This document shows positions 27,896-38,015 of a stretch of DNA of 64,000 nucleotides, in pieces. Position numbers and translations under genes: made by a program. The stretch covers positions 515,438 through 579,437 of the forward strand of contig CAVPHZ010000001.1 in assembly GCA_963704905.1 (NCBI GenBank), read 5' to 3'. The notes beneath the pieces are model-generated. The model saw only the letters and a program-made list of their open reading frames with translations. It did not search any database and was not told where the DNA came from. The number at the start of each line of letters is the position of its first letter. The stretch's first letter is position 1. The stretch comes from Candidatus Chisholmbacteria bacterium. GTDB taxonomy: Bacteria; Patescibacteriota; Microgenomatia; UBA1400; Chisholmbacteraceae.

Positions 27896-30298
27896 ATGAA
27901 AGCTAACCTGCCCAGGAAAAAAAAGCTTATCCCGATCAGTGAAGCTGCTGAGGTGTTGGGAGTTTCAGTTGATACCATCCGACGATGGGATAAGAAAGGA
28001 ACGCTACACGCGGAAAGACCGAATGGAAAGACGCGGTATTTTTCGCTGGAGGAAATTGAAAACATCAAGTTTTCCAAACCCCTCTCGATCTCTGAGGCAT
28101 CGAAACAATTGGGACTTTCTGCATCTACACTCAGGCGACTTGAGGAAAGAGAGGTACTCAAGCCTGACAGAAATGACGCGGGTGAGCGTCAATATACAAA
28201 GAAAACTCTGGAAGAATTTCTTCATTCAGAGTATTTCCTAAGAAAAAAAGCTGTTGAAGAGAAGATTCTTGAACCGTTTAAAACGGTTGATCATAAAGAT
28301 GATGATGTCCTTTTTTCAGATGCGCCCAAATCACAGGCTGAACCGAACCATAAGACGCTAAGCATCGAAATTGAAGAACAGAGGAGAAGATTACACCATC
28401 TCACCAAGTTTCAACGATCACTCTGGTCCTCTTTACTGTTTCTGACTACAACTTTCATTCTCCTGGTTACCATTATCACCGTGGCATTTTTAATGTATCC
28501 GGAGGAAACTGCTCTGTTTTTTGGCTACAGAAGTCAAGTTGACCGGCCGATGATTGCGGGTGAGACTGATGATGTACAAGTGCTAGGTGCGACATACCCT
28601 GCTGATGCACCTCTTGAACGAGGTACTCTTGTTGGTCGAGCATTGAAACCGTTTAGCCGAGTGTCTTTGGCGGTTGTGAAACGAATTGATGAAGATACCT
28701 ATGAGGAGATTATTCCTGACCGACGTATTCCAGATGTGAATGATGTGTTTACGATTGATGAAGAAGGATATTTAACCAACTACTTCACATTTCGTCCTCC
28801 AGATAGTTCGTTTCTGGCAATTCCTGATAAAGAGCTGATTGAGAACCTAAACTCAGACTATATTCGAGGAAGAGTTCCAGGTGGTGAGGTGGGTAACTTG
28901 GTTTACTTTGGGGAAGATGGTGTGATTGATGGACTGAGTGTGGGGAGTGAGCAGTTAAGAGCTGGGTCGGTGATTGGTGGAGTGGGAGGAGTGATACTTG
29001 ATTCTTCGATTAGCGCTTTTGACTTAGCGGATGGATCGGTGACAACTCCAAAGTTAGCAGAAGAGGCAGTGACCGAGGCAAAAATATCTGGAAAATCGGT
29101 GAGTGAGGGTAAACTAGCCGATGGGGCGGTTACCAGTGACAAGATTGCAGATGACACTATTACTTCTAAGGACCTGGCTCAGGCTATTGTTCTTGGAGAC
29201 GGGGATTTTCTTGACTTAGGGTCGATTGTCCATAATGACAGAGGGATGCAGGGGTTGAGGTTACCAAATGTACCAACGTCAACACCTGAGGCTCCTGAGA
29301 GTGGAGAGGGTTATATCATCTATAGCACCGCAGGTGATGAGGTCATGGTGTTTTCGAATGGTGCATGGAGTTCGGTTGGGGGTGGGGATATTACGGGTGT
29401 TACAGTTGGGAATGGAATGACTGGTGGCGGATTGGTTGGAGATCTTACCGTTAATTTAGATGTAACAACATCTGGGACTACGTTGACGAACTCTGCAAAC
29501 TCTGGGTTAGAGTTGGCTGCTGATGGTTTGAGCATGCTTCGAGGGTGTGCAGATAACGAGATTCTCAAATGGGATTCTGGATCTGGAGTTTGGCAATGTG
29601 AAGGTGATGTGAGCGGAGCTGGGGCAGTGCAAGTTGAAGAGGGAGATAGTTCTGTGGTGGGTTCGCTTACTAACTTGGATTTTCTGGCTGCTGATTTTAT
29701 TGTTTCCCAATCTCCTGTTGGAGAGGGAAACGTTTCAATAGACTATGCGAATAGCAGCATCACGCGTTCGAGTCAAGCAGAAGCGATCACTGGAGGGTGG
29801 ACATTTAACACACTAGGAACGACATTTGCGACGAGCATTGCTGCCAATGGAGGGATTACGTTTGATCAGACAACTGACACGATTGGAGCCCACACTGCGG
29901 CTGGCACTTATGATATGAACACTAACCTAATCACCAACATTGGCAATGCTGGGACTGACTTTGTTAGTGGTGGAGGACTGACTTTGGCTGGAACCCTAAC
30001 CGCCAATGGACAGGTAACCCTAGGAGATGATGGAGATACGGTGGCCATTGATTCATCAGACTGGAACATTGATGCCACCGGAGCAATTACCGGAATCTCC
30101 TTGGATGCTAATGGCACAGGGAACTCCTTGAGCAATATTGAAAATGCTGATTTAGCTAGTGACACTTTAGATTGGGATAAGTTTGCAAATGCTATGACTG
30201 TCGATGAAGCCACGACCCTGGCATCAACTATTGATTTAACTACTTTTGACCTTAATCATTCACCAGTCGGAACTGCCGCTTCACCCCATCAGTTTTGA
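27896..30298 (+). CDS. Giant surface protein 1, N-terminal part: two MerR/IS607-like HTH domains, TM, fibre-like repeats (gene continues to 36313 across +1 frameshifts)
   Basis: ISEAAEVLGVSVDTIRRWD...RYF and ISEASKQLGLSASTLRRLE...RQY; TM about 28418-28500; AVT-x-x-KIAD repeats; extra C at 30284-30287. Confidence 0.8.
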   Translation: MKANLPRKKKLIPISEAAEVLGVSVDTIRRWDKKGTLHAERPNGKTRYFSLEEIENIKFSKPLSISEASKQLGLSASTLRRLEEREVLKPDRNDAGERQYTKKTLEEFLHSEYFLRKKAVEEKILEPFKTVDHKDDDVLFSDAPKSQAEPNHKTLSIEIEEQRRRLHHLTKFQRSLWSSLLFLTTTFILLVTIITVAFLMYPEETALFFGYRSQVDRPMIAGETDDVQVLGATYPADAPLERGTLVGRALKPFSRVSLAVVKRIDEDTYEEIIPDRRIPDVNDVFTIDEEGYLTNYFTFRPPDSSFLAIPDKELIENLNSDYIRGRVPGGEVGNLVYFGEDGVIDGLSVGSEQLRAGSVIGGVGGVILDSSISAFDLADGSVTTPKLAEEAVTEAKISGKSVSEGKLADGAVTSDKIADDTITSKDLAQAIVLGDGDFLDLGSIVHNDRGMQGLRLPNVPTSTPEAPESGEGYIIYSTAGDEVMVFSNGAWSSVGGGDITGVTVGNGMTGGGLVGDLTVNLDVTTSGTTLTNSANSGLELAADGLSMLRGCADNEILKWDSGSGVWQCEGDVSGAGAVQVEEGDSSVVGSLTNLDFLAADFIVSQSPVGEGNVSIDYANSSITRSSQAEAITGGWTFNTLGTTFATSIAANGGITFDQTTDTIGAHTAAGTYDMNTNLITNIGNAGTDFVSGGGLTLAGTLTANGQVTLGDDGDTVAIDSSDWNIDATGAITGISLDANGTGNSLSNIENADLASDTLDWDKFANAMTVDEATTLASTIDLTTFDLNHSPVGTAASPHQF

Positions 30299-31958
30299 AT
30301 TGACCCCAACTTGGGGAATCGATGCTACCGATCAGACTTTGATTGGCCTGAATATCAACCCGAATACCAATGGAAATACGGATAGTGGTGATGTTCTTGA
30401 GGCAATAAGCATTACCAATATCACTGGGACTGTTGGAACGGAGACAGCAATTGATATTGGAACGGGGTGGGATTCAGGATTGTCGATAGGTGGGACAGTT
30501 GTCATTGATGGGTCTGGCAATGTGGCTGCTAGCCAATTGTCAGGGACGCTAATTACTGTAGCTGGGGATTCTGGCTCACAAGCTGTAAGTCAGGGAAATA
30601 CTTTTACAATTGTGGGTGGGACAAACTTATCGACTACTGGTGCGGCTGGACCACAGGTACAAGTTGATTTGAACAACTCTATTACTCTTTCAGGAGATCT
30701 CACAGTCCAGGGACAGAATGTGAATTTTGACAATGCAACTGATATTGATATCGATGATAATCTGACTGATTCTTTAACGATTTCTGTTGGCGCGGATAAC
30801 TATTTAGATATTGATTCTAATAATGGGACTGAAGGGGTGAGTTTTGGGAATGCGGTTACCAATCCGAGTTTCAGCTTCTTAGGATCGGGTGAGGCTGCGT
30901 TTACTGGGAATGTGAATGCCAACTCTGGAGTAGATGTTACGGGTGCAGACCTGACTGTTGGGGGAGCGAATTTCTCTGTAGCATTTGGCAACGGCAACAT
31001 CACCACTGCAGGAACCTTAGCCGTCAACGGAGACCAAATCACCAGTGACGGGAACCTGGTCATCAATGCCACCAGTACGGATATCCAAGATCCGTTAACG
31101 GCTGATTCGCTTACCTTAGACACGGGAGCCTTGGCCATCAACAATGCCGGAGGGATCACCAGTAACCAAGCCACCCTGATTGTCAATGCCGGCGGGAACG
31201 TTGATGTCCAAGATGCTCTGAATGCTGACAGTATCACTTCTGATGCGGGAGTCTCGATCGCCGCCGGCAATGCCTACACCGGAGCGGGAGCGGTGACCCT
31301 GAGTTCAGGAGCAGGAGCTTTAACCCTGGATGCCAACAATGGAAATGTGACCCTCAATACCGATGATGATCTCTTCCCAACCCTGGGAGCAGGAGATGCT
31401 GACCTAGGAGCCAGCGGCACCCGCTGGGACAACCTGTTTGCTGTAGCAGGTAACTTTTCAGGGAATGTGGATGTAGCCAGTGGTGTTGATATTACTGGTG
31501 CTAATCTGACTGTGGGAGCCACCAACTTCGTGGTGACGGTAGGATCCGGAAACGTGGACACCCAAGGCACCATCCAAGCCGGTTCAGGAAACATCACTCT
31601 TACTGATGCGACGGGAAACATCCAAGCCGGAGCGTATGCCCTGGCCTCCATTGACGGAGATGACCTGAACAGCAACCTGGCTGGGAATGGTCTCACCCTT
31701 ACGGCTGGTTCTCCTGATGTTCTCAACATTGCCCTGGATAGTGCTGCTGCTGATGGAAGTACCACTTCCTCCATCTCCGGTCTTGAATTTGACTCAGGAG
31801 AACTGACCCTGATCCGCGGCTGTGGAGCCAACCAGATCCTGAAATGGGACAACATCAACTTTGAGTGGGATTGTGCGGACGACGATGATACGGGAGGAAC
31901 GGTATCTTTAGACTCTGCTTACAACCAACGGAGGGTCCATCACCGTAGATGCCTATGA
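30246..31958 (+). CDS. Giant surface protein 1, middle part (frameshifted continuation)
   Basis: Continues SPISFELTPTWGIDATDQTL, matching the intact internal paralog near 35090; Gly/Thr/Asp/Asn-rich beta repeats. Confidence 0.75.
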   Translation: MTLIIHQSELPLHPISFELTPTWGIDATDQTLIGLNINPNTNGNTDSGDVLEAISITNITGTVGTETAIDIGTGWDSGLSIGGTVVIDGSGNVAASQLSGTLITVAGDSGSQAVSQGNTFTIVGGTNLSTTGAAGPQVQVDLNNSITLSGDLTVQGQNVNFDNATDIDIDDNLTDSLTISVGADNYLDIDSNNGTEGVSFGNAVTNPSFSFLGSGEAAFTGNVNANSGVDVTGADLTVGGANFSVAFGNGNITTAGTLAVNGDQITSDGNLVINATSTDIQDPLTADSLTLDTGALAINNAGGITSNQATLIVNAGGNVDVQDALNADSITSDAGVSIAAGNAYTGAGAVTLSSGAGALTLDANNGNVTLNTDDDLFPTLGAGDADLGASGTRWDNLFAVAGNFSGNVDVASGVDITGANLTVGATNFVVTVGSGNVDTQGTIQAGSGNITLTDATGNIQAGAYALASIDGDDLNSNLAGNGLTLTAGSPDVLNIALDSAAADGSTTSSISGLEFDSGELTLIRGCGANQILKWDNINFEWDCADDDDTGGTVSLDSAYNQRRVHHRRCL

Positions 31959-33721
31959 TGTGCTGTTCACCCTAGCTGATGCCACCAATGACTACGGATT
32001 GGTCATTGATAACAATACCGCCGGGGACATTGCTACCGCCCTGGAATTCACCACCACGGGTGTGGGAGGCACCTTTGCCACCGCCATTGATACCTACTGA
32101 CGGGGGAATCACCACCGGGATCAACCTGGGTACGAGTGATATCGTGGGAACCACTGCCGACATCAACCTGACCAACTTTGATGTCACCGGGTCCAACGGC
32201 AACATCACCACCGCAGGAACCTTGGCCGTCAACGGAGACCAAATCACCAGTGACGGGAACCTGGTCATCAATGCCACCAGTACGGATATCCAAGATCCGT
32301 TAACGGCTGATTCGCTTACCTTAGACACGGGAGCCTTGGCCATCAACAATGCCGGAGGGATCACCAGTAACCAAGCCACCCTGATTGTCAATGCCGGCGG
32401 GAACGTTGATGTCCAAGATGCTCTGAATGCTGACAGTATCACTTCTGATGCGGGAGTCTCGATCGCCGCCGGCAATGCCTACACCGGAGCGGGAGCGGTG
32501 ACCCTGAGTTCAGGAGCAGGAGCTTTAACCCTGGATGCCAACAATGGAAATGTGACCCTCAATACCGATGATGATCTCATCCCAACCCTGGGAGCAGGAG
32601 ATGCTGACCTAGGAGCCAGCGGCACCCGCTGGGACAACCTGTTTGCTGTAGCAGGTAACTTTTCAGGGAATGTGGATGTAGCCAGTGGTGTTGATATTAC
32701 TGGTGCTAATCTGACTGTGGGAGCCACCAACTTCGTGGTGACGGTAGGATCCGGAAACGTGGACACCCAAGGCACCATCCAAGCCGGTTCAGGAAACATC
32801 ACTCTTACTGATGCGACGGGAAACATCCAAGCCGGAGCGTATGCCCTGGCCTCCATTGACGGAGATGACCTGAACAGCAACCTGGCTGGGAATGGTCTCA
32901 CCCTTACGGCTGCTTCTCCTGATGTTCTCAACATTGCCCTGGATAGTGCTGCTGCTGATGGAAGTGTGGGACCGACGGTTCCTCCATCGTCCGGTCTTGA
33001 ATTTGACTCAGGAGAACTGACCCTGATCCGCGGCTGTGGAGCCAACCAGATCCTCAAATGGGACAACGTGAACTTTGAATGGGATTGTGCGGACGACGAC
33101 GATGCCGGACTCTCCACGGAATCTTTAGATACTGCTTATGACCAAGGTGGTTCCATTACCGTGGATGCGTATGATGTGCTGTTCACCCTAGCTGATGCCA
33201 CCAATGACTACGGCCTGGTCATCGATAACAATACCGCAGGTGACATTGCCACCGCCCTGGAATTCACCACCACGGGTGTGGGAGGCACCTTTGCCACCGC
33301 CATTGATACCTCTGACGGGGGAATCACCACCGGGATCAACCTGGGTACGAGTGATATCGTGGGAACCACTGCCGACATCAACCTGACCAACTTTGATGTC
33401 ACCGGGTCCAACGGCAACATCACCACTGCAGGAACCTTAGCCGTCAACGGAGACCAAATCACCAGTGACGGGAACCTGGTCATCAATGCCACCAGTACGG
33501 ATATCCAAGATCCGTTAACGGCTGATTCGCTTACCTTAGACACGGGAGCCTTGGCCATCAACAATGCCGGAGGGATCACCAGCAACCAAGCCACCCTGAT
33601 TGTCAATGCCGGCGGGAACGTTGATGTCCAAGATGCTCTGAATGCTGACAGTATCACTTCTGATGCGGGAGTCTCGATCGCCGCCGGGAACGCCTACACC
33701 GGAGCGGGAGCTGTTACCCTG
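30989..33721 (+). repeat. About 1.2-kb intragenic tandem repeat (two full copies and a partial third)
   Basis: CAACGGCAACATCACCAC units start at 30989, 32194 and 33409 and are near-identical at nucleotide level. Confidence 0.9.
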
Positions 33722-36313
33722 TCCTCCGCGGCAGGTACTGCTTTAACCATTAACTCGGGTACTACTGGAACTTTGGCAATTGGAGATGATGGGAGCGCTG
33801 AAACTATTAATCTTGGAACTGGAGCTGCTGCTAAGACTCTAGTTTTGGGATCGACGAACACAACAAGCTCAACAGCTATTCGGTCTGGATCAGGAGGAGT
33901 GAATATCAATGCCAGTATTAATCAACCGATGAATATCGGGACTGGTACTTCGACAGGACTGGTTACCATTGGTGGGAGTGCCGCACAAACGATTTCGATT
34001 GCCAATGGAGCGGCAGCAAAGACTCTTAATTTGGGAAGCTCGAATACAACCTCCACAACGACTCTTCTCTCTGGGTCAGGTGGTATTAACTTGAATGCGA
34101 GCAATAACCAACCCGTGAATGTTGCAACCGGTACTTCTGCTGGACTTGTGACTATTGGTGGTAGTGCAGCGCAGTCAATTGCAATAGGAAACGGTGCAGC
34201 TGCCAAGACAGTTACCTTGGGATCGACCAACACCACCAGTACTACGACCATTCAATCGGGAACGGGGAATGTGAATTTCAGCGCAGGAAGTACTGGAGAT
34301 TTTCTTTTCAACGTTGATGATGACAGCACGCTTATTTTAACCGGTTCTGTGACCAATACTGGTTCATTGCAAGATATTAACTTAACCCTTGGTAATGACG
34401 CTGGAGCCGATACGGTAGCAGGTCTTCAGATTGACGTTACCAGTGTGGATACGGGAGCAGACTCTGATGTCCTTTTGGGTCTTAATATCGGGAACCTTAC
34501 GGGAGGGAATGCCAATGTTACGGAGCGTGCTTTACAGATTGGAACCGGATGGGACATGGGTATTGATGTACAAAGTGGGGGGATTACGATTTCTTCTGGG
34601 GCTTTGGCAATTAACAATGCAAGTGGAATTACTTCAAACCAAGCAACCTTAATCATTAACGCTTCCGGAACTGTGGATGTGCAAGACGCCCTGAACGCTG
34701 ACTCGATCACCTCAGATGCTGGAGTCTCGATTGCGGCTGGGAATTCATACACCGGAGCCGGGGCCGTGACCTTCTCAAGCGGTGGTGGGGCTGGACTTAC
34801 AATCGATTCAGCCAATGGAACTATAACCATTCAAACTGATGATGATCTCATACCCACACTTGGGGCCGGAGATGCCGATATCGGGGCATCCGGAACCCGC
34901 TGGGATAACATTTATGCATTGAACTCGAATTTCTCGGGAACAGTTACTGCAAATGACTTTAGCTGTACTGACTGTTTGGATTTTGCCGAACTTGTTAATG
35001 GCATGACGGTGGATGAAGCTACTACAATGGCATCGACTTTGGCGGCTACGACGCTGGACCTTAATGTTTCTCCGGCTGGAACCGCTGCGAGTCCAGTGGC
35101 TTTTGAGATCACTCCAACTTGGGGTATTGATGCAACAGACCAGACGTTGTATGGATTACAGATTAACCCGAACACGAACGGGAATACCGATGCAGGAGAC
35201 GTGCTTGGGGCAATGTTTATTGGGAATATTACCGGAACTGCCGGAACGGAAAGAGCGATTACCATTGGAACCGGATGGGATACGGGACTTGAGATTAATA
35301 GCGGAGGTATCAATGTGGTTGCTGGAGGAATTACGATAGCTTCTGGGGCATTGGCAGTGAACTCCGATTCGATCACATCTGATGGAGCGACTCTGACGAT
35401 CAATGCCGCTGGAACCGTGGATGTTGATGATGTATTGAACGCCAATTCCATTACTTCGGATGCTGGTGTCTCGATAGCCGCCGGGAATGCTTACACCGGA
35501 GCTGGGGCGGTAACGGTATCGTCTGGAGGTGGGGCGACAATAACAATAGACTCAGCAAACGGAAGCGTAACCTTCCAGACAGACGATGATCTTATTCCAA
35601 CGCTTGGAGCTGGGGATGCTGATCTCGGTTCTTCAGGACTGCGATGGGATAACGTTTTTGCAACTGTTGGGAATTACGCAAGTACTTTAAATGCCGATGG
35701 AACCGTTACGATTGGGACCGGCGGGAATACCTTTACCTTTGATCCCTCGAGTGGACCGACGTATGCCGGGACGGCGAGGATCAGTAAAACTATGACACTG
35801 CATGCTGAGTACGCAGGTGCGACACTTTCTGATTATTATGGCGCTGGAACGGACTCAAATACTTCAGGGACGATGATTGCAGATGTTGAGCCGAATGCAA
35901 CTGACCTGCAACGGACGTACTACGAATGGGAGCGCGGTGCTGCTACACAACATTTCCAGACGGTTGCGGTTCGGGTGACGCTTCCGCAGGATTTTGCTGC
36001 ATGGCAGACAAGTAATGCCATGGTTGTTGATTTTGAAACCGAGAATACGACGAGTACAAACAGCGATGTGGATGTGCGAGTGTACCTGGAAAGTGATGCG
36101 ACAACTGCAGTTGCAACGAGTGCTGATAACGCCTCTTCGGTCGCGAATACTTGGGAGACGGTTACGATTGATGATAGCGTTCTTGATGATGGTGGTGCTC
36201 CTGAGTGGGATGCGGCTGGGGAAACGGTGGTTATATACTTGCGGATGGGATCGCAGAGTGGAAACCATGTGCGAGTTGGGGATATCACTTTAAATTACCT
36301 AGCCCAGTTTTAA
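31979..36313 (+). CDS. Giant surface protein 1, C-terminal part (true frame from about 32097)
   Basis: Long repeat ORF ending in a globular beta domain (YYEW...VRVTLPQDF...YLAQF); extra bases at 31929 and 32096 relative to repeat copy 2. Confidence 0.78.
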   Translation: MPPMTTDWSLITIPPGTLLPPWNSPPRVWEAPLPPPLIPTDGGITTGINLGTSDIVGTTADINLTNFDVTGSNGNITTAGTLAVNGDQITSDGNLVINATSTDIQDPLTADSLTLDTGALAINNAGGITSNQATLIVNAGGNVDVQDALNADSITSDAGVSIAAGNAYTGAGAVTLSSGAGALTLDANNGNVTLNTDDDLIPTLGAGDADLGASGTRWDNLFAVAGNFSGNVDVASGVDITGANLTVGATNFVVTVGSGNVDTQGTIQAGSGNITLTDATGNIQAGAYALASIDGDDLNSNLAGNGLTLTAASPDVLNIALDSAAADGSVGPTVPPSSGLEFDSGELTLIRGCGANQILKWDNVNFEWDCADDDDAGLSTESLDTAYDQGGSITVDAYDVLFTLADATNDYGLVIDNNTAGDIATALEFTTTGVGGTFATAIDTSDGGITTGINLGTSDIVGTTADINLTNFDVTGSNGNITTAGTLAVNGDQITSDGNLVINATSTDIQDPLTADSLTLDTGALAINNAGGITSNQATLIVNAGGNVDVQDALNADSITSDAGVSIAAGNAYTGAGAVTLSSAAGTALTINSGTTGTLAIGDDGSAETINLGTGAAAKTLVLGSTNTTSSTAIRSGSGGVNINASINQPMNIGTGTSTGLVTIGGSAAQTISIANGAAAKTLNLGSSNTTSTTTLLSGSGGINLNASNNQPVNVATGTSAGLVTIGGSAAQSIAIGNGAAAKTVTLGSTNTTSTTTIQSGTGNVNFSAGSTGDFLFNVDDDSTLILTGSVTNTGSLQDINLTLGNDAGADTVAGLQIDVTSVDTGADSDVLLGLNIGNLTGGNANVTERALQIGTGWDMGIDVQSGGITISSGALAINNASGITSNQATLIINASGTVDVQDALNADSITSDAGVSIAAGNSYTGAGAVTFSSGGGAGLTIDSANGTITIQTDDDLIPTLGAGDADIGASGTRWDNIYALNSNFSGTVTANDFSCTDCLDFAELVNGMTVDEATTMASTLAATTLDLNVSPAGTAASPVAFEITPTWGIDATDQTLYGLQINPNTNGNTDAGDVLGAMFIGNITGTAGTERAITIGTGWDTGLEINSGGINVVAGGITIASGALAVNSDSITSDGATLTINAAGTVDVDDVLNANSITSDAGVSIAAGNAYTGAGAVTVSSGGGATITIDSANGSVTFQTDDDLIPTLGAGDADLGSSGLRWDNVFATVGNYASTLNADGTVTIGTGGNTFTFDPSSGPTYAGTARISKTMTLHAEYAGATLSDYYGAGTDSNTSGTMIADVEPNATDLQRTYYEWERGAATQHFQTVAVRVTLPQDFAAWQTSNAMVVDFETENTTSTNSDVDVRVYLESDATTAVATSADNASSVANTWETVTIDDSVLDDGGAPEWDAAGETVVIYLRMGSQSGNHVRVGDITLNYLAQF

Positions 36314-36320
36314 AAGGAGA

Positions 36321-38015
36321 ATGAAGTATAAAGTATGGTGTATGAAATTACGACGAAGAATTATTGTCAAGGCGTTCGCTGTACTTCTTCTACTGCTTCT
36401 TCAAATTTATAGTTGGCTCTCTCCTAGTTATTTTCAAATACCTCAAGCGTATGCGGCAGATATGGCACGGTTAGAGTGGGGGGTAGAAACAGGTGTGACT
36501 ACGAGTTGGACAACGGTGAATCTGTCAAATACATTTTCAAGTCCAATTGTATCGGCCACAGCTCTCTATAGCTACACGTTAGGAGGAACTGGTGATGAAT
36601 GTTCGATAGAAGCGGAAGTACAATCTGTTACTTCTACAAGCTTTCAAGTTCGGATGGGGGTACCGCCGCACAGCTCTGCAAGCAGTTGTACAGCTGATCC
36701 AAGTTCGATTGAAGTGCACTGGTTAGTTGCTGAAAATACCGGAACTACAACCGATACGACTTTACCAGGCACAAGTATTCAAGTTCAAGCGGGGAGTTTT
36801 AGCACAACGAATTTGGATGGGGCTGGTGATTGGACTGATACCACAGGGAATGTGACGATCTATCCTACATTTAGCGCACCGATTACCCTTTCTCAACGAG
36901 TTTCCTGGAATGCTACCAATTGGGCGACGGCTGCAAGCTTTCGGACTGGGAACCGCGCAGATTACTTACGAGCAGGTGATGGCACAGTTCATGTTAGTTT
37001 TATGGATGGTGGGATGTCTGCTTCAAGTATGACCAGCTCTGATACTCTGCATTATATAATCCATGATGGGAATGAAAATGGAACGGTTAGCGGGGATTAC
37101 GGTTCTTATGTCCAATCACTACTCTCGTCGGATTCAATCCTGGGTTTACAAAATAGTGCAAGCGGTTATTCTATGGGGACATTGAGTGGTTTTTCTTCTG
37201 CACCAGCAATTGCTTTGGCTGATAGTATTGAAGAGGATGGAGGGGATGGTCACTGGTGGGTAACAAAGAGTTTGTCGACTACTGATTGGTTGGGATGGGC
37301 AATTGAAGATCAGGAAAGTGACAATGAGCGGAGCCATACAACAGAAGTTGAAGGTGGGATTGTGTTTGAAACTTCCGGTGCTTATCCCGAAGCTACCTTT
37401 ACCCAAAACCGCTACCGCTGGTACGTCGATAATGATTCTACCAATCCTGTCGGTGCATGGGGAAACCCTGACCTGGCAGAGAATACGGCGATTACGATTA
37501 CTCCCAGTGGCAACGATCCACCCAATGAGACACAAGAACTGCGGCTGCGGGTGAATCTAACTGTTAATACTGGCGGTATGCCGGTTGGCATGCAGCAATT
37601 CACCCTGCAATACAAAGAAGGAACAGATGGAAGCTGTACGACGGGGAGCTGGACGGATGTGGGAGCAGCAGCCACCTGGGAGTATGCGACCAGTAGTGTT
37701 ACTGACGGAGCTGATATCACGGGAGTGCTCACCGGAACTGATAGAGATCAAGAATATGCAAAGAGTGAACCGACTCAAATCAATCACAATCTTGGGAGAG
37801 TGAATGAAGACATTGAGTATGACTTTCATATCATTGGCACTAACATTTCCAGTGCTACTCAATATAGTTTCCGACTTATTGAAGCCGATGATACTGTTTT
37901 AGATGGCTATACCAATTGTCCTACATTGACCACTGAACCGGGACCAACAGACCTCATGCGGCATGGTCGATATTATGCTGATGAGGTGAAGGGAGGGTTT
38001 TTCTGGGCGAAATAG
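36321..38015 (+). CDS. Secreted beta-rich protein, paralog A
   Basis: Basic plus hydrophobic signal ending AYA; WTTVNLSNTF..PIV and TSFQVR modules; C-terminal LMRHGRYY...FFWAK. Confidence 0.75.
   Translation: MKYKVWCMKLRRRIIVKAFAVLLLLLLQIYSWLSPSYFQIPQAYAADMARLEWGVETGVTTSWTTVNLSNTFSSPIVSATALYSYTLGGTGDECSIEAEVQSVTSTSFQVRMGVPPHSSASSCTADPSSIEVHWLVAENTGTTTDTTLPGTSIQVQAGSFSTTNLDGAGDWTDTTGNVTIYPTFSAPITLSQRVSWNATNWATAASFRTGNRADYLRAGDGTVHVSFMDGGMSASSMTSSDTLHYIIHDGNENGTVSGDYGSYVQSLLSSDSILGLQNSASGYSMGTLSGFSSAPAIALADSIEEDGGDGHWWVTKSLSTTDWLGWAIEDQESDNERSHTTEVEGGIVFETSGAYPEATFTQNRYRWYVDNDSTNPVGAWGNPDLAENTAITITPSGNDPPNETQELRLRVNLTVNTGGMPVGMQQFTLQYKEGTDGSCTTGSWTDVGAAATWEYATSSVTDGADITGVLTGTDRDQEYAKSEPTQINHNLGRVNEDIEYDFHIIGTNISSATQYSFRLIEADDTVLDGYTNCPTLTTEPGPTDLMRHGRYYADEVKGGFFWAK

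Noticed and set aside
27896-28230. IS607 element or classical MerR metal regulator
   Set aside because: No serine-recombinase domain, tnpB or effector-binding domain; fused to a TM and surface repeats.
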